Source: an uncultured Fibrobacteraceae bacterium (GTDB lineage: Bacteria > Krumholzibacteriota > Krumholzibacteriia > LZORAL124-64-63). Taken from it: 64,000 bases of DNA. Every line of letters begins with the position of its first letter. The first letter of the stretch is position 1. The DNA lies in contig CAYLMM010000005.1 of the NCBI GenBank assembly GCA_964384825.1, positions 4,417 to 68,416 on the forward strand, in the 5' to 3' direction. The notes under the pieces were generated by a model. It had not been told where the DNA came from, did no database searches, and saw only the letters and a program-made list of their open reading frames with translations. The position numbers were made by a program, and so were the translations under genes. Below are positions 8,521-18,035 of the stretch, in pieces.

Positions 8521-9936
8521 TTGGTTTTGAAGAAGCTGTTTGACCTGCGGATCCTCTCGTTCGCGATCGTCGGCGCTCTGCTGGTCGTCGTCGCGGTAGG
8601 ATGCTCCACACGTCCGGACGAGACCGAGGAACTGCCCATCTCGGGGAACCATTCCCCCGGCGAAATCTACATGGTCACTTCCGACACCTCTTCCGCCGGC
8701 TACCATTATCTCGAGCCGGAAATCTCGCCGGATCTTTCGCGGGTCATCTTCACGGCCGACTGGGGCGCCATTCCCGATCCCGGCAACGACGATGACATCC
8801 CGCCGACCATCCGTCAGCTGGTCCTCTCGACCAATGAACCGCAGGAGCAGCCGCTGATTTCGCTGACCCAGGCGAACACGATGCTGCTGCTGGTGGCGGA
8901 CTATACCGACACGATCGGTTCTTCGGTCGTGGTCCAGCGTCCGGCCAACACCCGGAACAAGGGCAACCCCAGCTGGATCGACGACCAGCACATCCTCTAC
9001 TGGATGGACACCAACCGCGGTTCGCGCCTGTTCCAGTCCGAGGTGTCCGCCGGGATCATCGCCGGCACCGAGATCGTTCCCAACAAGATCTTCCGCGAGG
9101 AGGACGAGGACCGGTCGACCAATTTCCAGTACTGGATGCACCGCTCGCCCGCGCTTTCGCCCGACGGGCAGTGGCTCCTGTTCAGCCGCTTCGGCTACCG
9201 GGACATCGACGATCTGACCACCTACACGCGGCAGGCCCTGTGGGCCGTCCGCATGCCCCAGATCGGGGATTTCCAGGTGCGCGACGCGATCCAGGTGACC
9301 GCCGAGGCCGCCGTTTGCGACGCTCCGGCCTGGTCGCCGGACGGCCGCACCATCGTGTTCCATGCCACGACCGACATCGCGGCGGGATCCGGGGTTATCT
9401 ACGACGACGAGAACTGGAGCCAGGAGCTCTTCTCGGTCGATTTCGACACGACCGGATACGCCGCCGGCGAGATGCCTCTCAACCGCGGCCTGTCCCGCCT
9501 GACCTACTCGCCGCCCGCCTCCGGCAACCCGACGCTGGTGCGGAACGAGAAGCCCTGCTTCTCGCCCGACGGCGGCACGATCGCCTTCGTCTCCGATCGC
9601 CGCGCTCCGACGATCACGCTGTACGAGCGCAGCATCTGGTCGATCCCCTTCGACGGCAGCCTAGAACCGGAGATCCTGTTCTTCTCCCGCTTCGACGACG
9701 TCGATGTGAGCTATGTGCCCGGATTCAGCAATACCTTGGTGTTCTCGAGCGCGATGGGATTCCCCACCGAGATGCTCGACCGTCTCTACGAAGAGGCCCT
9801 GGTGCGGATCAAGACGGAGAATCCGACCTTCTCCGACGCCTGGATCATCGAGAGGGCCCAGGAAGAACGGACCGCCCTGGAGTTCTTCGAGCGGGTCATG
9901 AGCCACGTGTTCGTCTTCACGCCCGGCGTGGAATGA
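8521..9936 (+). CDS. TolB-like beta-propeller lipoprotein (WSPDG/PD40-type repeats)
   Basis: TTG start at 8521 or 8527, with GGAGG immediately upstream. Lipobox 'VAVGCS'. Repeated 'LSPDGQWLLFSR', 'PAWSPDGRTIVFH' and 'PCFSPDGGTIAFVSDR' motifs. Confidence 0.55.
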   Translation: MVLKKLFDLRILSFAIVGALLVVVAVGCSTRPDETEELPISGNHSPGEIYMVTSDTSSAGYHYLEPEISPDLSRVIFTADWGAIPDPGNDDDIPPTIRQLVLSTNEPQEQPLISLTQANTMLLLVADYTDTIGSSVVVQRPANTRNKGNPSWIDDQHILYWMDTNRGSRLFQSEVSAGIIAGTEIVPNKIFREEDEDRSTNFQYWMHRSPALSPDGQWLLFSRFGYRDIDDLTTYTRQALWAVRMPQIGDFQVRDAIQVTAEAAVCDAPAWSPDGRTIVFHATTDIAAGSGVIYDDENWSQELFSVDFDTTGYAAGEMPLNRGLSRLTYSPPASGNPTLVRNEKPCFSPDGGTIAFVSDRRAPTITLYERSIWSIPFDGSLEPEILFFSRFDDVDVSYVPGFSNTLVFSSAMGFPTEMLDRLYEEALVRIKTENPTFSDAWIIERAQEERTALEFFERVMSHVFVFTPGVE

Positions 9937-10571
9937 TGGCGATGGGCGAATCCGATCTGCGGCGCGAGATCGTCCGGATCGGCAAGCTGCTCTACGACCG
10001 CCAACTGATCGTCGCCGCCGAAGGCAACCTCTCGGGTCGCCTCGGCGGCGATCTCTTTCTGACGACGCCCTCGGGCGTCTGCAAGGGCGACCTCACTCCC
10101 TACGGACTTGTCGTCGTGGACGGGCAGGGGAGGATCCATCGCGCCGGCGGCGCCAGCGCCAGCAGCGAATGGCCCCTGCACCGCGAGATCTACGCCCGCC
10201 GCCCCGACGTCGCGGCGATCTGCCACGCCCACGCTCCCTACGCCACAGCCTTCGCCTGCGCGGGCAGGACCCTGGACACCGCCCTGCTGCCCGAGGCCGT
10301 GCTGGTGCTCGGGAAGGTGCCCCTGGCGGTCTACGGCACGCCCTCGACCGAGGAGGTGCCGGCCTCGATCCGCGACCTGATCGTCGATCACGACGCCGTC
10401 CTGCTGGCCAACCACGGGATCGTGGCCTGCGGGCCGGACCTGGTGACCGCCTTCCACAGGCTCGAGACCGTCGAGAGGCTGGCCCAGATCACGTTCCTGG
10501 CCGAGGCCCTGGGCGGAGGCAAGCCGCTCGATCCCGCCCGCATCGCGGCGCTGCTGCGGACCCGCGGCTGA
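9933..10571 (+). CDS. class II aldolase/adducin-family protein (fuculose-phosphate aldolase / MTRu-1-P dehydratase-like)
   Basis: '...HREIYARRPDVAAICHAHAPYATAFA...LANHGIVACG' carries the class II aldolase His-motifs. ATGA start/stop overlap with the upstream gene. The track ORF 9171..10571 over-extends upstream. Confidence 0.65.
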   Translation: MMAMGESDLRREIVRIGKLLYDRQLIVAAEGNLSGRLGGDLFLTTPSGVCKGDLTPYGLVVVDGQGRIHRAGGASASSEWPLHREIYARRPDVAAICHAHAPYATAFACAGRTLDTALLPEAVLVLGKVPLAVYGTPSTEEVPASIRDLIVDHDAVLLANHGIVACGPDLVTAFHRLETVERLAQITFLAEALGGGKPLDPARIAALLRTRG

Positions 10572-10611
10572 TCCACCCTCATCCATTCCCTTCCATACGT
10601 TCCACCCGGTT

Positions 10612-10638
10612 CATCCGGTCCATCCGGTCCATCCGGTC
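10612..10638. repeat. 3 x 9-bp tandem repeat 'catccggtc' within a degenerate CCATCC-rich tract (10571..10638)
   Basis: Direct reading gives 'tcatccggtc catccggtc catccggtc'. The preceding 40 nt are degenerate copies: atccaccctc, atccattccc, ttccatacgt, tccacccggt. Confidence 0.5.
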
Positions 10639-10648
10639 GCCGGGCACG

Positions 10649-10677
10649 AAAAAAGGGGAGCGCCGAAGCGCTCCCCC
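10649..10677 (-). terminator. rho-independent terminator of the outer-membrane protein gene
   Basis: The minus strand reads GGGGAGCGC-ttcg-GCGCTCCCC followed by TTTTTT, 30 nt downstream of the 10707 stop. Confidence 0.7.
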
Positions 10678-10706
10678 GTCAGGCGTACCGCCTAGGCGGC
10701 AGATCC

Positions 10707-11951
10707 CTAGAACAGGACCTTGGTGCCCATGAAGGCGAAGACGACGTTGTCGGAATCGTCATCGAACATGTCGCCGGGCATGAAGAAGCCCAGGCCGCCC
10801 TCGAAGTGGACGTCGTCGCTGTACATGTAGTTCAGCTTGATGTCCAGCTCGGAGCCGATGTCGTCCTCGTCGCCGTCGTCGACCTCGGCCTCGGTGAACA
10901 TGAAGTAGTCCAGGCCGACGTCGAGATTCTCGACGGGCATGAAGCCGGCGGCGATCCGCAGGGCCTGGATGTCGGTCCAGGTGGTTTCGCCGTACTGCTC
11001 GGCGATGTCCATCATGCCCAGGAAGTCGTGACGCGAAGAGAAGGGCGCGTAGTACGCCGTCATGTCTTCGCTGTCGTCCTGGCCGCTGGCCATGTTGTAC
11101 TCGAAGCCGATGTACGGGTTGTACTCGGAATCGAAGTCGTAGAACAGGCCGGCGTAGAAGGCGTTCGAGCTGATGTCGGTCTCGGAGATCTCGTCGGTGC
11201 CGCTGTTCAGGGTGCCTTCGCCGTAGAAGTGGAAGCTGTCCTTCTGGTAGTCGACCAGGACGCCCATGGTCCACATCTTGGTGTTGTCGACCTCGTCGGC
11301 TTCGTCCCAGTTCTCCATGGTGGTCAGCAGGATGTAGGGCTCGACGTAGAGCTCGGGCATGGCGTCGTAGTGGAAGTACACGCCGCGCATGTCGATGTCG
11401 CCCTCGCCCTCGGAATACTTGCCCCACTCGCCTTCGTACAGCTTCAGGCAGAGCAGGTCGAACCAGCCCTTCTCGAAGACGTAGTGGCCCTTGAAGCCGT
11501 CGAAGAAGATCTCGTGGTGGAAGTCCCAGTCATCGGTGCCGATGACCCGCTCGCGACCGTAGGCCAACTGCATGCGGCCGGCGCTGGCGTCGAAGCCGTC
11601 GAACAGGAAGTCGGTCAGGGTGAAGTTGGCCTCGTAGACATCGACGTCCTCGGGCTCGACGCCCTCGTGCCAATACTCGGCGTCGTCGTCCCAGGTGCCG
11701 AAGTCGAAGTAGTCCTGCAGGCCGATGGTGAAGTATCCACCATCGAATTCGCCGCTCAGGTTGATCCGGGCGCGCATCTCGGCGAAGCCGTAGGCGTCGT
11801 CGTTGTCGCCGTCGTTGTCCAGGTTGTTCCAACCCTGCCAACGCCACCACAGCTCACCGTCAACTCCGCCCGCCACCGCCGCACTGGTGGCGACGCCCAT
11901 GCCGACCAGCAGGGCCAGGGCGAAGATAAGCAGCATCAATCGCTTCATCAT
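10707..11951 (-). CDS. acidic outer-membrane beta-barrel protein (alginate-export/AlgE-like porin family)
   Basis: GGAGGAG lies 8 nt upstream of ATGATG. Signal peptide 'MMKRLMLLIFALALLVGMGVATSAAVAGG'. The sequence is very D/E/aromatic-rich with alternating beta-strand patterns and a C-terminal '...VFAFMGTKVLF' (terminal Phe). Confidence 0.5.
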   Translation of the reverse strand: MMKRLMLLIFALALLVGMGVATSAAVAGGVDGELWWRWQGWNNLDNDGDNDDAYGFAEMRARINLSGEFDGGYFTIGLQDYFDFGTWDDDAEYWHEGVEPEDVDVYEANFTLTDFLFDGFDASAGRMQLAYGRERVIGTDDWDFHHEIFFDGFKGHYVFEKGWFDLLCLKLYEGEWGKYSEGEGDIDMRGVYFHYDAMPELYVEPYILLTTMENWDEADEVDNTKMWTMGVLVDYQKDSFHFYGEGTLNSGTDEISETDISSNAFYAGLFYDFDSEYNPYIGFEYNMASGQDDSEDMTAYYAPFSSRHDFLGMMDIAEQYGETTWTDIQALRIAAGFMPVENLDVGLDYFMFTEAEVDDGDEDDIGSELDIKLNYMYSDDVHFEGGLGFFMPGDMFDDDSDNVVFAFMGTKVLF

Positions 11952-12057
11952 TTGAGTGTCTCCTCCATGAAAGGACAAGCCAGAATGCTATCGATCTTTC
12001 TTCCAGGGGCAGAACCCGCGCGGGCACCACGGGGGTTCCTGAGAATTCGGATCGATA

Positions 12058-13311
12058 TCACCTCCTCTCGTACAATGAAGTCAGCCTCTCCGTTATGGCC
12101 GACCAACTAAACCGCTTTTCGATGATCTCGCGTGCGCGGCGCGCCCGCGTTATCGTCGCGGATCTATTTTCGATCGCTTCGATGATCGCCCGGGCGAACG
12201 AATCGTCCGCCGCTGCGACCATCAGGGCGTCGTCCTTCCGCTCGACGATGCCCTCGGCGCCGATCGGCGTGGTCACCACCGGAATGCCCCGGGCCATGGC
12301 TTCGAGGATCTTGATCTTGATCCCGCCGCCCTCCCGGAGCGGCGCCACGAACAGCCGGCAATCCCGGTAGAGTTCCTCGAGGTCGTCCACGTAGCCGACG
12401 CCCCGGACGCCCTCGTCCTCGCGGCCGAGCCCGGAAATGAAAGCGTCCGAACCGCGCCCGGCAAGAACGAGTTGCCGTAATTCCGTATATTGGGCAACCA
12501 CCGGCCAAACCCTGTCAACCAAAAATTTAGCTGCGCTTCTGTTTGGGCGATGTTCGAAACTGCCGACGAAAAGCAGCTTCGCCGGACCGTCCCGTCGCCA
12601 CACCGGCCGCACCCGGTCGACGTCGATTCCCAGCGGCACGGTCACGCAGTCGCGGCCGCCGGCGGATTCGAGCAGGATCCGGTCCTGGTCGGTGACGCAG
12701 AGCGTAGTGTCGGCCCATGTCGAGGCGTCTCTCTCCAGATGCCGCCAACGATGGGCGCTGAGTCGTAACTGAAATTTTTTCAGAATGTTGCCGGTTTGGG
12801 CGGCTCTGCGTTCCCGGGGCAGGGAGCCGAGCTCATGCGTGTCGATCAGCAATCGCGGGAGCCGCGAGCCGGCGGTGTCGATGCGGTCGCGCCAGCGGCG
12901 GATGTCGTGCAGGATGCGACCCATCTGCAGATATTCCACCTGAACGACGTCGGGTTCGGCCGCGGCCACGGCCTCGACGACGCGCCGGGAGAGCCCGGGC
13001 GACCAGTATTTCTCGGCGTAGAAGGGATAGCCCGTTTTCAGGCTTCTCAGCCCTGCGCGAAAACGCCTTATCATCAAGCGCCCGCGGGATCCGCCTGAGG
13101 CGTGGCGGTCGAGGTAGGGGATCGCAACCAGTTCGACACCGAGGTCGGCGGCCGTCCGGGCGGTGAGGTCTTCCTCTCCGGGACGGAGCAGCGAGACCAG
13201 CACTACGTCGTGGCGGCGGGCCAGATGACGGACCATGGCACGGACGGAAACGCCTCCGCCGTGGCCGACCCGGCGATGGGGCAGATAGGGTGTCAGCACC
13301 AGCACGCGCAT
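12058..13311 (-). CDS. GT4-family glycosyltransferase
   Basis: 'REGGGIKIKILEAMARGIPVVTTPIG' is the GT4 E-x7-E/GGI motif. GT-B architecture. Confidence 0.7.
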   Translation of the reverse strand: MRVLVLTPYLPHRRVGHGGGVSVRAMVRHLARRHDVVLVSLLRPGEEDLTARTAADLGVELVAIPYLDRHASGGSRGRLMIRRFRAGLRSLKTGYPFYAEKYWSPGLSRRVVEAVAAAEPDVVQVEYLQMGRILHDIRRWRDRIDTAGSRLPRLLIDTHELGSLPRERRAAQTGNILKKFQLRLSAHRWRHLERDASTWADTTLCVTDQDRILLESAGGRDCVTVPLGIDVDRVRPVWRRDGPAKLLFVGSFEHRPNRSAAKFLVDRVWPVVAQYTELRQLVLAGRGSDAFISGLGREDEGVRGVGYVDDLEELYRDCRLFVAPLREGGGIKIKILEAMARGIPVVTTPIGAEGIVERKDDALMVAAADDSFARAIIEAIENRSATITRARRAREIIEKRFSWSAITERLTSLYERR

Positions 13312-13341
13312 GGGGGACTTCCGTTTCCCGTTAGCCGCGGC

Positions 13342-13626
13342 TCAGAACGTGACGTAGCCGTGGCTGGCGGCCAGATCCTTCTTGACCTTTTCCATCTCGA
13401 CCTCGAATTCGGGGGACCCGTCCTCGAGGTAGGGCTTGTGCTGGTGAAGCCATGCGGCGGCTTCCTCGTCGATCTGATCCTCGATCTGCAGATCCTTCAG
13501 GATCGTGCTCTCGATCAGATGGCGGAAACGGTCCTCGTCGATCTCGAGATCGATGTGCTCCTCGTCGAGCAGGGCATCGGTGATCTTGCTGGCGAGGATG
13601 CCGATCCGTTCCTCGGATAATCTCAT
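13342..13626 (-). CDS. DUF507-family small protein (paralogue 2)
   Basis: GGAG RBS. The 94-aa product 'MRLSEERIGILASKITDALLDEEHIDLEIDEDRF...' is about 35% identical to the neighbouring 13653..13934 product. The track ORF 13342..13995 over-extends. Confidence 0.5.
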   Translation of the reverse strand: MRLSEERIGILASKITDALLDEEHIDLEIDEDRFRHLIESTILKDLQIEDQIDEEAAAWLHQHKPYLEDGSPEFEVEMEKVKKDLAASHGYVTF

Positions 13627-13652
13627 TGCATTCACTCCGCGGCGGCGGTCAC

Positions 13653-13934
13653 CTAGAGGGTGAACCCCTTCTTCTTGGCGATCTCGCGCTTCATCTTCGC
13701 GCGCAGCGCACCGTAGTCCATTTCGCGGGCCCGGATCTCGATGCGGTGCTCGTCGAGCAGTTCGTCGACCTCGGCCTCGATGGCCTCTTCGGCCTTCATG
13801 TTGTCGTAGATGACGTCGGCCACGGCCCGGAATACGAGATCGCCGTTGGTCTGGATGTGGACCTTCCCGTGGGTCTCGATCATCCTGACGATCTTCTCGG
13901 ACAGATAGTCGATCTTGTTGGGTGAGAGTCTCAC
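13653..13934 (-). CDS. DUF507-family small protein (paralogue 1)
   Basis: The 93-aa product 'MRLSPNKIDYLSEKIVRMIETHGKVHIQTNGDLVFRAVADVIYDN...' has the same 'MRLS' start and acidic helical architecture as the downstream paralogue. Confidence 0.5.
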   Translation of the reverse strand: MRLSPNKIDYLSEKIVRMIETHGKVHIQTNGDLVFRAVADVIYDNMKAEEAIEAEVDELLDEHRIEIRAREMDYGALRAKMKREIAKKKGFTL

Positions 13935-14092
13935 GTCGGCCTCCGCGTACGGTTCCAGGGGGCGAAGATACCGGACGCCCCTTACAAGCGACCATTCAAC
14001 GCTTTCGAGTCGTTCTTGGCAAGGTCAAATCGCCGTTTTAATGTGAGGGGCGTCCCATGGGCTCCGGCGTATCGACAGGAGAGGTTGCCCGG

Positions 14093-16054
14093 ATGACGAG
14101 AAGCGAACGTCGCAGACTGTTCTGGATGGTGACCGGCGCGGCCCTGATCCTGCGGACCGCGCATATCCTTCTGATGCGGGACAACCCCCTGTTCGACCAT
14201 CCCGCCATGGATGCGGCCATATACGACCGATGGGCGCGCGGGCTGGCGGAAGGGGCCTGGCCCTTCGCCGCTCCCTTCTGCAGGGCGCCCCTCTTTCCCC
14301 TGATTCTGGGGGGGCTCTATGGCCTTTTCGACGCGGCCCGCCTGCCGGTTCAGCTGGCGCTGGGATCGATCTCGGCCCTCGGCGCGGGGTTCTCGGGCCT
14401 GGCCGCGGCGCGGATCTGGGGCCGGCGGTCGGGATACTGCGCCGGGCTGCTCCATGCGACGCTGTGGACGAGCATCTACTTCTCGGCCGAACTGCTGCCC
14501 GCGGCCTTGACGGCGACCTTGGTCGCGGCGGCGCTCTGGCTGCTGCTGGACCGCGACCAGGGTGTTCCGGCCGGAGGTCGGCGGCTGGCGGCCGAGGGGG
14601 GCGTCCTGGGACTGGCGGCGATCGCGAAGCCCGCCGTCCTGATCGTCCTGCCGGCGTTGCTGTGGCATCTGGCGCGCCGGTCCGAGACGCGGCCGGGCCG
14701 CGGCGCCTGGGCCGCCCTGGCGCTGGGGATTCTGCTGCCGATCCTGCCGGTGACCGCGGTCAACGTCCTGCGCGGCGGCGATGCCGTGCTGATCGCGAGC
14801 GGCGGCGGCATCGATTTCCACATCGGCAACAACGCCCTGTCGGATGGGAGCTCGACCCTGGTGCCGGGCGCCGGGCTCGCGGGGGCCGGCGGCTGTCGGG
14901 ACGCCGCCGGCGGTGCCGAGCAGATCGTCGGCGGGGAGTCGAAACCTTCCGCCGTGGACCGCCACTACTTGCGCGAGGGGATCCGATTCTGGCTGCGGGA
15001 GCCGGAGGCGGCCCTGAAGCTCTACGGCCGGAAATTGCGGATGCTGCTGGGGGCCGGGGAGCGTTCGCGGGACAAGTTCATCCATCCCTGGCGGGAATGG
15101 TCGCCGCTGTTGCGCCTGCCGGTCTGGCCGGGATGGACGGCGATGCTGGCGCTGGCGGTCGTCGGGATCCGGCGGCGCTGGACCGGAGCCGAAACGCGCG
15201 GATTGCTGACGGGTTTCGCCGGGTTCTACGCCCTGTCGATCCTGCTGTTCTGCGTGAACGCACGCATGCGGCTGCCGCTGGCGGCGATGATGACGATTCC
15301 GGCCGGGGCGGGGCTGGAGGCCCTGTGGATCGCGGTCCGCCGGCGCCGGCTGGAGGTTCCGAAGGCGGCCCTGGCGGCGGCGGCCGTCCTGGGGATCCTT
15401 TCGTTCGCAGACCTGATGTCCTTCGATCGGCACCGGGCGCAGGACAATCCTTTCCATCATTACATGCTGGGCGAAGCCCGGGCCGCAGCGGGGGAGGCGG
15501 CCGAAGCGGAGAGGGAATACCGTCTGGCGCTCGATCTCCGGCGCGGCCATCCCCAGGCCCGATTCGACGCCGTCGAGGAGGATCTCTACGCCGGCCTCGC
15601 GGCGGCGCTTGCCGAACAGGGGAAATCCCGCGAGGCCCTCGAGGTTCACCAGCGATGGGTGCGGCGGCTTCCCGGCACCATCGAGGGGAGGCTGGGGCTG
15701 GGCGCTGCGCTGCTGGCGGCCGGACGCATCGACGATGCCGCCGCCCAGTTCGAGATCACCCTGCGTTCGGTTCCCGACGATCCCCGCGCCCGTCTGGGCT
15801 ATGCCTGGATCCAGTACCACAACGGGAATCTCGGCGCCGCGCTGCGGACCTTCCGGAGTCTCGACCGGGAGAAACCCGATCATCGGGCCCGTTTCGGGGT
15901 GGGGCTCTGCCTGATGAAGCAGAAGCGGTTCCGCCAGGCCGAACGGGCTTTCCGCGATGCGCTGGAGCTGCGGCCGGGGGATCCGGAGATCCTGGAGCGG
16001 CTCGAGGACATCCGCGAAAAGACCGGGCGGGACGGGGAATCTCAGGGCCGGTAG
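14093..16054 (+). CDS. ArnT/PMT-like (GT39/GT83) polytopic membrane glycosyltransferase fused to C-terminal TPR repeats
   Basis: AGGAGAGG RBS before ATG 14093. There are ten or more TM helices with a conserved 'D-x-P' loop ('LMRDNPLFDHPAMDAAIYDRWARG'), followed by several TPR repeats. The overlapping ORFs 13982..16327(-) and 14230..17193(+) are GC artefacts. Confidence 0.55.
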   Translation: MTRSERRRLFWMVTGAALILRTAHILLMRDNPLFDHPAMDAAIYDRWARGLAEGAWPFAAPFCRAPLFPLILGGLYGLFDAARLPVQLALGSISALGAGFSGLAAARIWGRRSGYCAGLLHATLWTSIYFSAELLPAALTATLVAAALWLLLDRDQGVPAGGRRLAAEGGVLGLAAIAKPAVLIVLPALLWHLARRSETRPGRGAWAALALGILLPILPVTAVNVLRGGDAVLIASGGGIDFHIGNNALSDGSSTLVPGAGLAGAGGCRDAAGGAEQIVGGESKPSAVDRHYLREGIRFWLREPEAALKLYGRKLRMLLGAGERSRDKFIHPWREWSPLLRLPVWPGWTAMLALAVVGIRRRWTGAETRGLLTGFAGFYALSILLFCVNARMRLPLAAMMTIPAGAGLEALWIAVRRRRLEVPKAALAAAAVLGILSFADLMSFDRHRAQDNPFHHYMLGEARAAAGEAAEAEREYRLALDLRRGHPQARFDAVEEDLYAGLAAALAEQGKSREALEVHQRWVRRLPGTIEGRLGLGAALLAAGRIDDAAAQFEITLRSVPDDPRARLGYAWIQYHNGNLGAALRTFRSLDREKPDHRARFGVGLCLMKQKRFRQAERAFRDALELRPGDPEILERLEDIREKTGRDGESQGR

Positions 16055-16401
16055 GTCGCGGCGGTCGTAGGCGTTTCGTGGACGGTGACCTCGGCCAGGG
16101 CGGGCAGGGCCGGCCGCAGCCGGTCGAAGATCCAGCGCGCCATCAGCTCGGCGGTGGGATTCTCCAGGCCTGGCACCTCGTTCAGGATCCGGTGATCCAG
16201 TTCCTCCCGCAGAGGCTCGAAGGCGACGCCGATATCCCCGAAATCCATCAGCCAGCCGGTCTCGGGATCGGGTTCTCCTTCGATCGCCAGGTCGACGACG
16301 TAGGTATGGCCGTGCATCCGGGAGCATTTGTGTTCATCGGAGACGCGGGGCAGGCGGTGGGCGGCGTCGAAGCCGAAGGATTTGGTGATGCGGGTCGGCA
16401 T
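16042..16401 (-). CDS. queD: 6-carboxy-5,6,7,8-tetrahydropterin synthase
   Basis: 'AAHRLP....CSRMHGHTY' carries the C-x3-HGH zinc motif of the PTPS/QueD family. 119 aa. Confidence 0.8.
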   Translation of the reverse strand: MPTRITKSFGFDAAHRLPRVSDEHKCSRMHGHTYVVDLAIEGEPDPETGWLMDFGDIGVAFEPLREELDHRILNEVPGLENPTAELMARWIFDRLRPALPALAEVTVHETPTTAATYRP

Positions 16402-16434
16402 GGTTCCCCCTCGGGACGGAACGGGCGGGCGGAA

Positions 16435-17040
16435 TCAGGAATCCTCGGCGTTTTCGGCCGCCGTCTCGACGGCGGATTCCTCCACGGGCGGTTCGAAACA
16501 GCGGCGGCAGCGGGCTTCGTAGGTGCCCTGGGCGCCGACGACGATCTTGTCGCGGTTCTCGGTCAGGCGTTGCGTATGCCCGGCCGGATTGCCGCAGCGG
16601 ACGCAGATGGCCAGCTGCTTGGTCACGTATTCGGCGATGGCCATCAGTTGCGGGACCGGTTCGAAGGGACGGCCCCTGTAGTCCTGGTCCAGGCCGGCCA
16701 CGATGACCCGCTTGCCCAGATTGGCCAGCCGGTCGCAGACGTCCATGATGCCGGAATCGAAGAACTGCACCTCGTCGATGCCCACGACCTCGGTCTTGTC
16801 CTCGACCAGGGCGAAGATCTCGGAACTCGACGAGACCGGGGTGCTCGGCAGCCTCTGCTGGCTGTGCGAAACGATGTCCGTTTCGTCGAAACGGTCGTCG
16901 AGGGCCGGTTTGAAGAGCTGGACCCGCTGCCGCGCGATCTCGGCTCGACGCACGCGACGGATCATCTCCTCGCTCTTGCCGCTGAACATCGGTCCGCAGA
17001 TGACCTCGATCCAGCCCGTCTTGCCCTGGATGACCTGCAT
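16435..17040 (-). CDS. tdk: thymidine kinase
   Basis: '[16 protein letters not shown]' is a P-loop and '[13 protein letters not shown]...CRRC' is a zinc ribbon. GGAGG lies 5 nt upstream of ATG 17040. Confidence 0.85.
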   Translation of the reverse strand: MQVIQGKTGWIEVICGPMFSGKSEEMIRRVRRAEIARQRVQLFKPALDDRFDETDIVSHSQQRLPSTPVSSSSEIFALVEDKTEVVGIDEVQFFDSGIMDVCDRLANLGKRVIVAGLDQDYRGRPFEPVPQLMAIAEYVTKQLAICVRCGNPAGHTQRLTENRDKIVVGAQGTYEARCRRCFEPPVEESAVETAAENAEDS

Positions 17041-17197
17041 GACACCTCCGCGGGACCCTGCGATCCCCTCCGAGCGACGGGCCATTCCGCCGCGTGGGCG
17101 AATGTACGCCACGGGGCGGGGGTTCGCCAGTTCCGAATCCGGCCGGATGGAGGTTGCCGCTTTGCCCGGGCGGTCGCGGCCCTTATACTCTGACCCC

Positions 17198-18025
17198 ATG
17201 TGGACAAGAAACGAATTCCGGAAGCTGGTCGATCCGCCCGTGATCGGCATGGTGCATCTGCGGGCCCTGCCCGGTTCCCCCGGCTGGCAGGGGGACCTCG
17301 ACGCGGTCGGTGAGGCTGCCCTGCGCGACGCCGCGGCCCTGGCCGACGGCGGCGTCGGCGCGTTGATGGTCGAGAACTATCACGACGTTCCCTTCTTCGC
17401 CGGAGCGGTCCCCGCGGTCACGGTCGCGGCCATGACCCGGCTGGCGGGCGCGATCGTCGACGCCCATCCCGGCCTGCCGGTCGGAGTGAACGTCCTGCGC
17501 AACGATGCAGCCGCGGCCCTGGCGGTGGCCGCTGCGACCGGCGCGCGCTTCGTGCGGGTGAACGTCCTGTGCGGGGCGGTGGTCGCCGACCAGGGGCTGA
17601 TCCGGTCCGATGCGGCCCGCGTCCTGCGCCTGCGGCGGGAACTGGGCCTGGAATCGGTCGGGATCATGGCCGATCTCGCGGTCAAGCACGCCGCGCCCCT
17701 GGCCCCCCGGCCGATCGCCGAGGAGGCGGCCGATCTGCGCCGCCGGGCTCTGGCCGACGCGATCATCGTGTCGGGAGCCGCGACCGGCGCCGCGACCGAT
17801 CCGGCCCGGGCGGCCGCGGTCCGCGCCGCCGAACCGGACGCTCCCGTGCTGGTGGGCAGCGGCATGACCATCGAAAACCTGGACGGGTTCGCCGGGACGG
17901 TCGACGGGTACATCATCGGAACCTCGTTGCAGCAACCGGGACCCGACGGCCGGCCGGTCGTCTCGGCCCGCAGGACGGCCGCTTTCACATCCGCCGTCGC
18001 CGCCCTGCAACAAGCGGATTCCTAA
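17198..18025 (+). CDS. BtpA/SgcQ-family TIM-barrel protein
   Basis: '[16 protein letters not shown]...[12 protein letters not shown]' is the BtpA family signature. Confidence 0.6.
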   Translation: MWTRNEFRKLVDPPVIGMVHLRALPGSPGWQGDLDAVGEAALRDAAALADGGVGALMVENYHDVPFFAGAVPAVTVAAMTRLAGAIVDAHPGLPVGVNVLRNDAAAALAVAAATGARFVRVNVLCGAVVADQGLIRSDAARVLRLRRELGLESVGIMADLAVKHAAPLAPRPIAEEAADLRRRALADAIIVSGAATGAATDPARAAAVRAAEPDAPVLVGSGMTIENLDGFAGTVDGYIIGTSLQQPGPDGRPVVSARRTAAFTSAVAALQQADS

Positions 18026-18035
18026 GAGGAGGATC

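Noticed and set aside
9171-10571. 466-aa track ORF suggesting a much longer aldolase-like protein
   Set aside because: The upstream 250 codons are in a frame overlapping the TolB-like gene and look non-coding (Arg/Pro-rich). The true start is ATG 9933, coupled to the upstream stop.
13982-17193. Very long overlapping ORFs 13982..16327(-) 781 aa and 14230..17193(+) 987 aa
   Set aside because: Their products are Arg/Gly/Pro/Ala-rich with no domain signatures, typical of stop-codon-poor antisense or alternate frames in ~70% GC DNA. The same DNA encodes clear GT39-TPR, queD and tdk genes in other frames.
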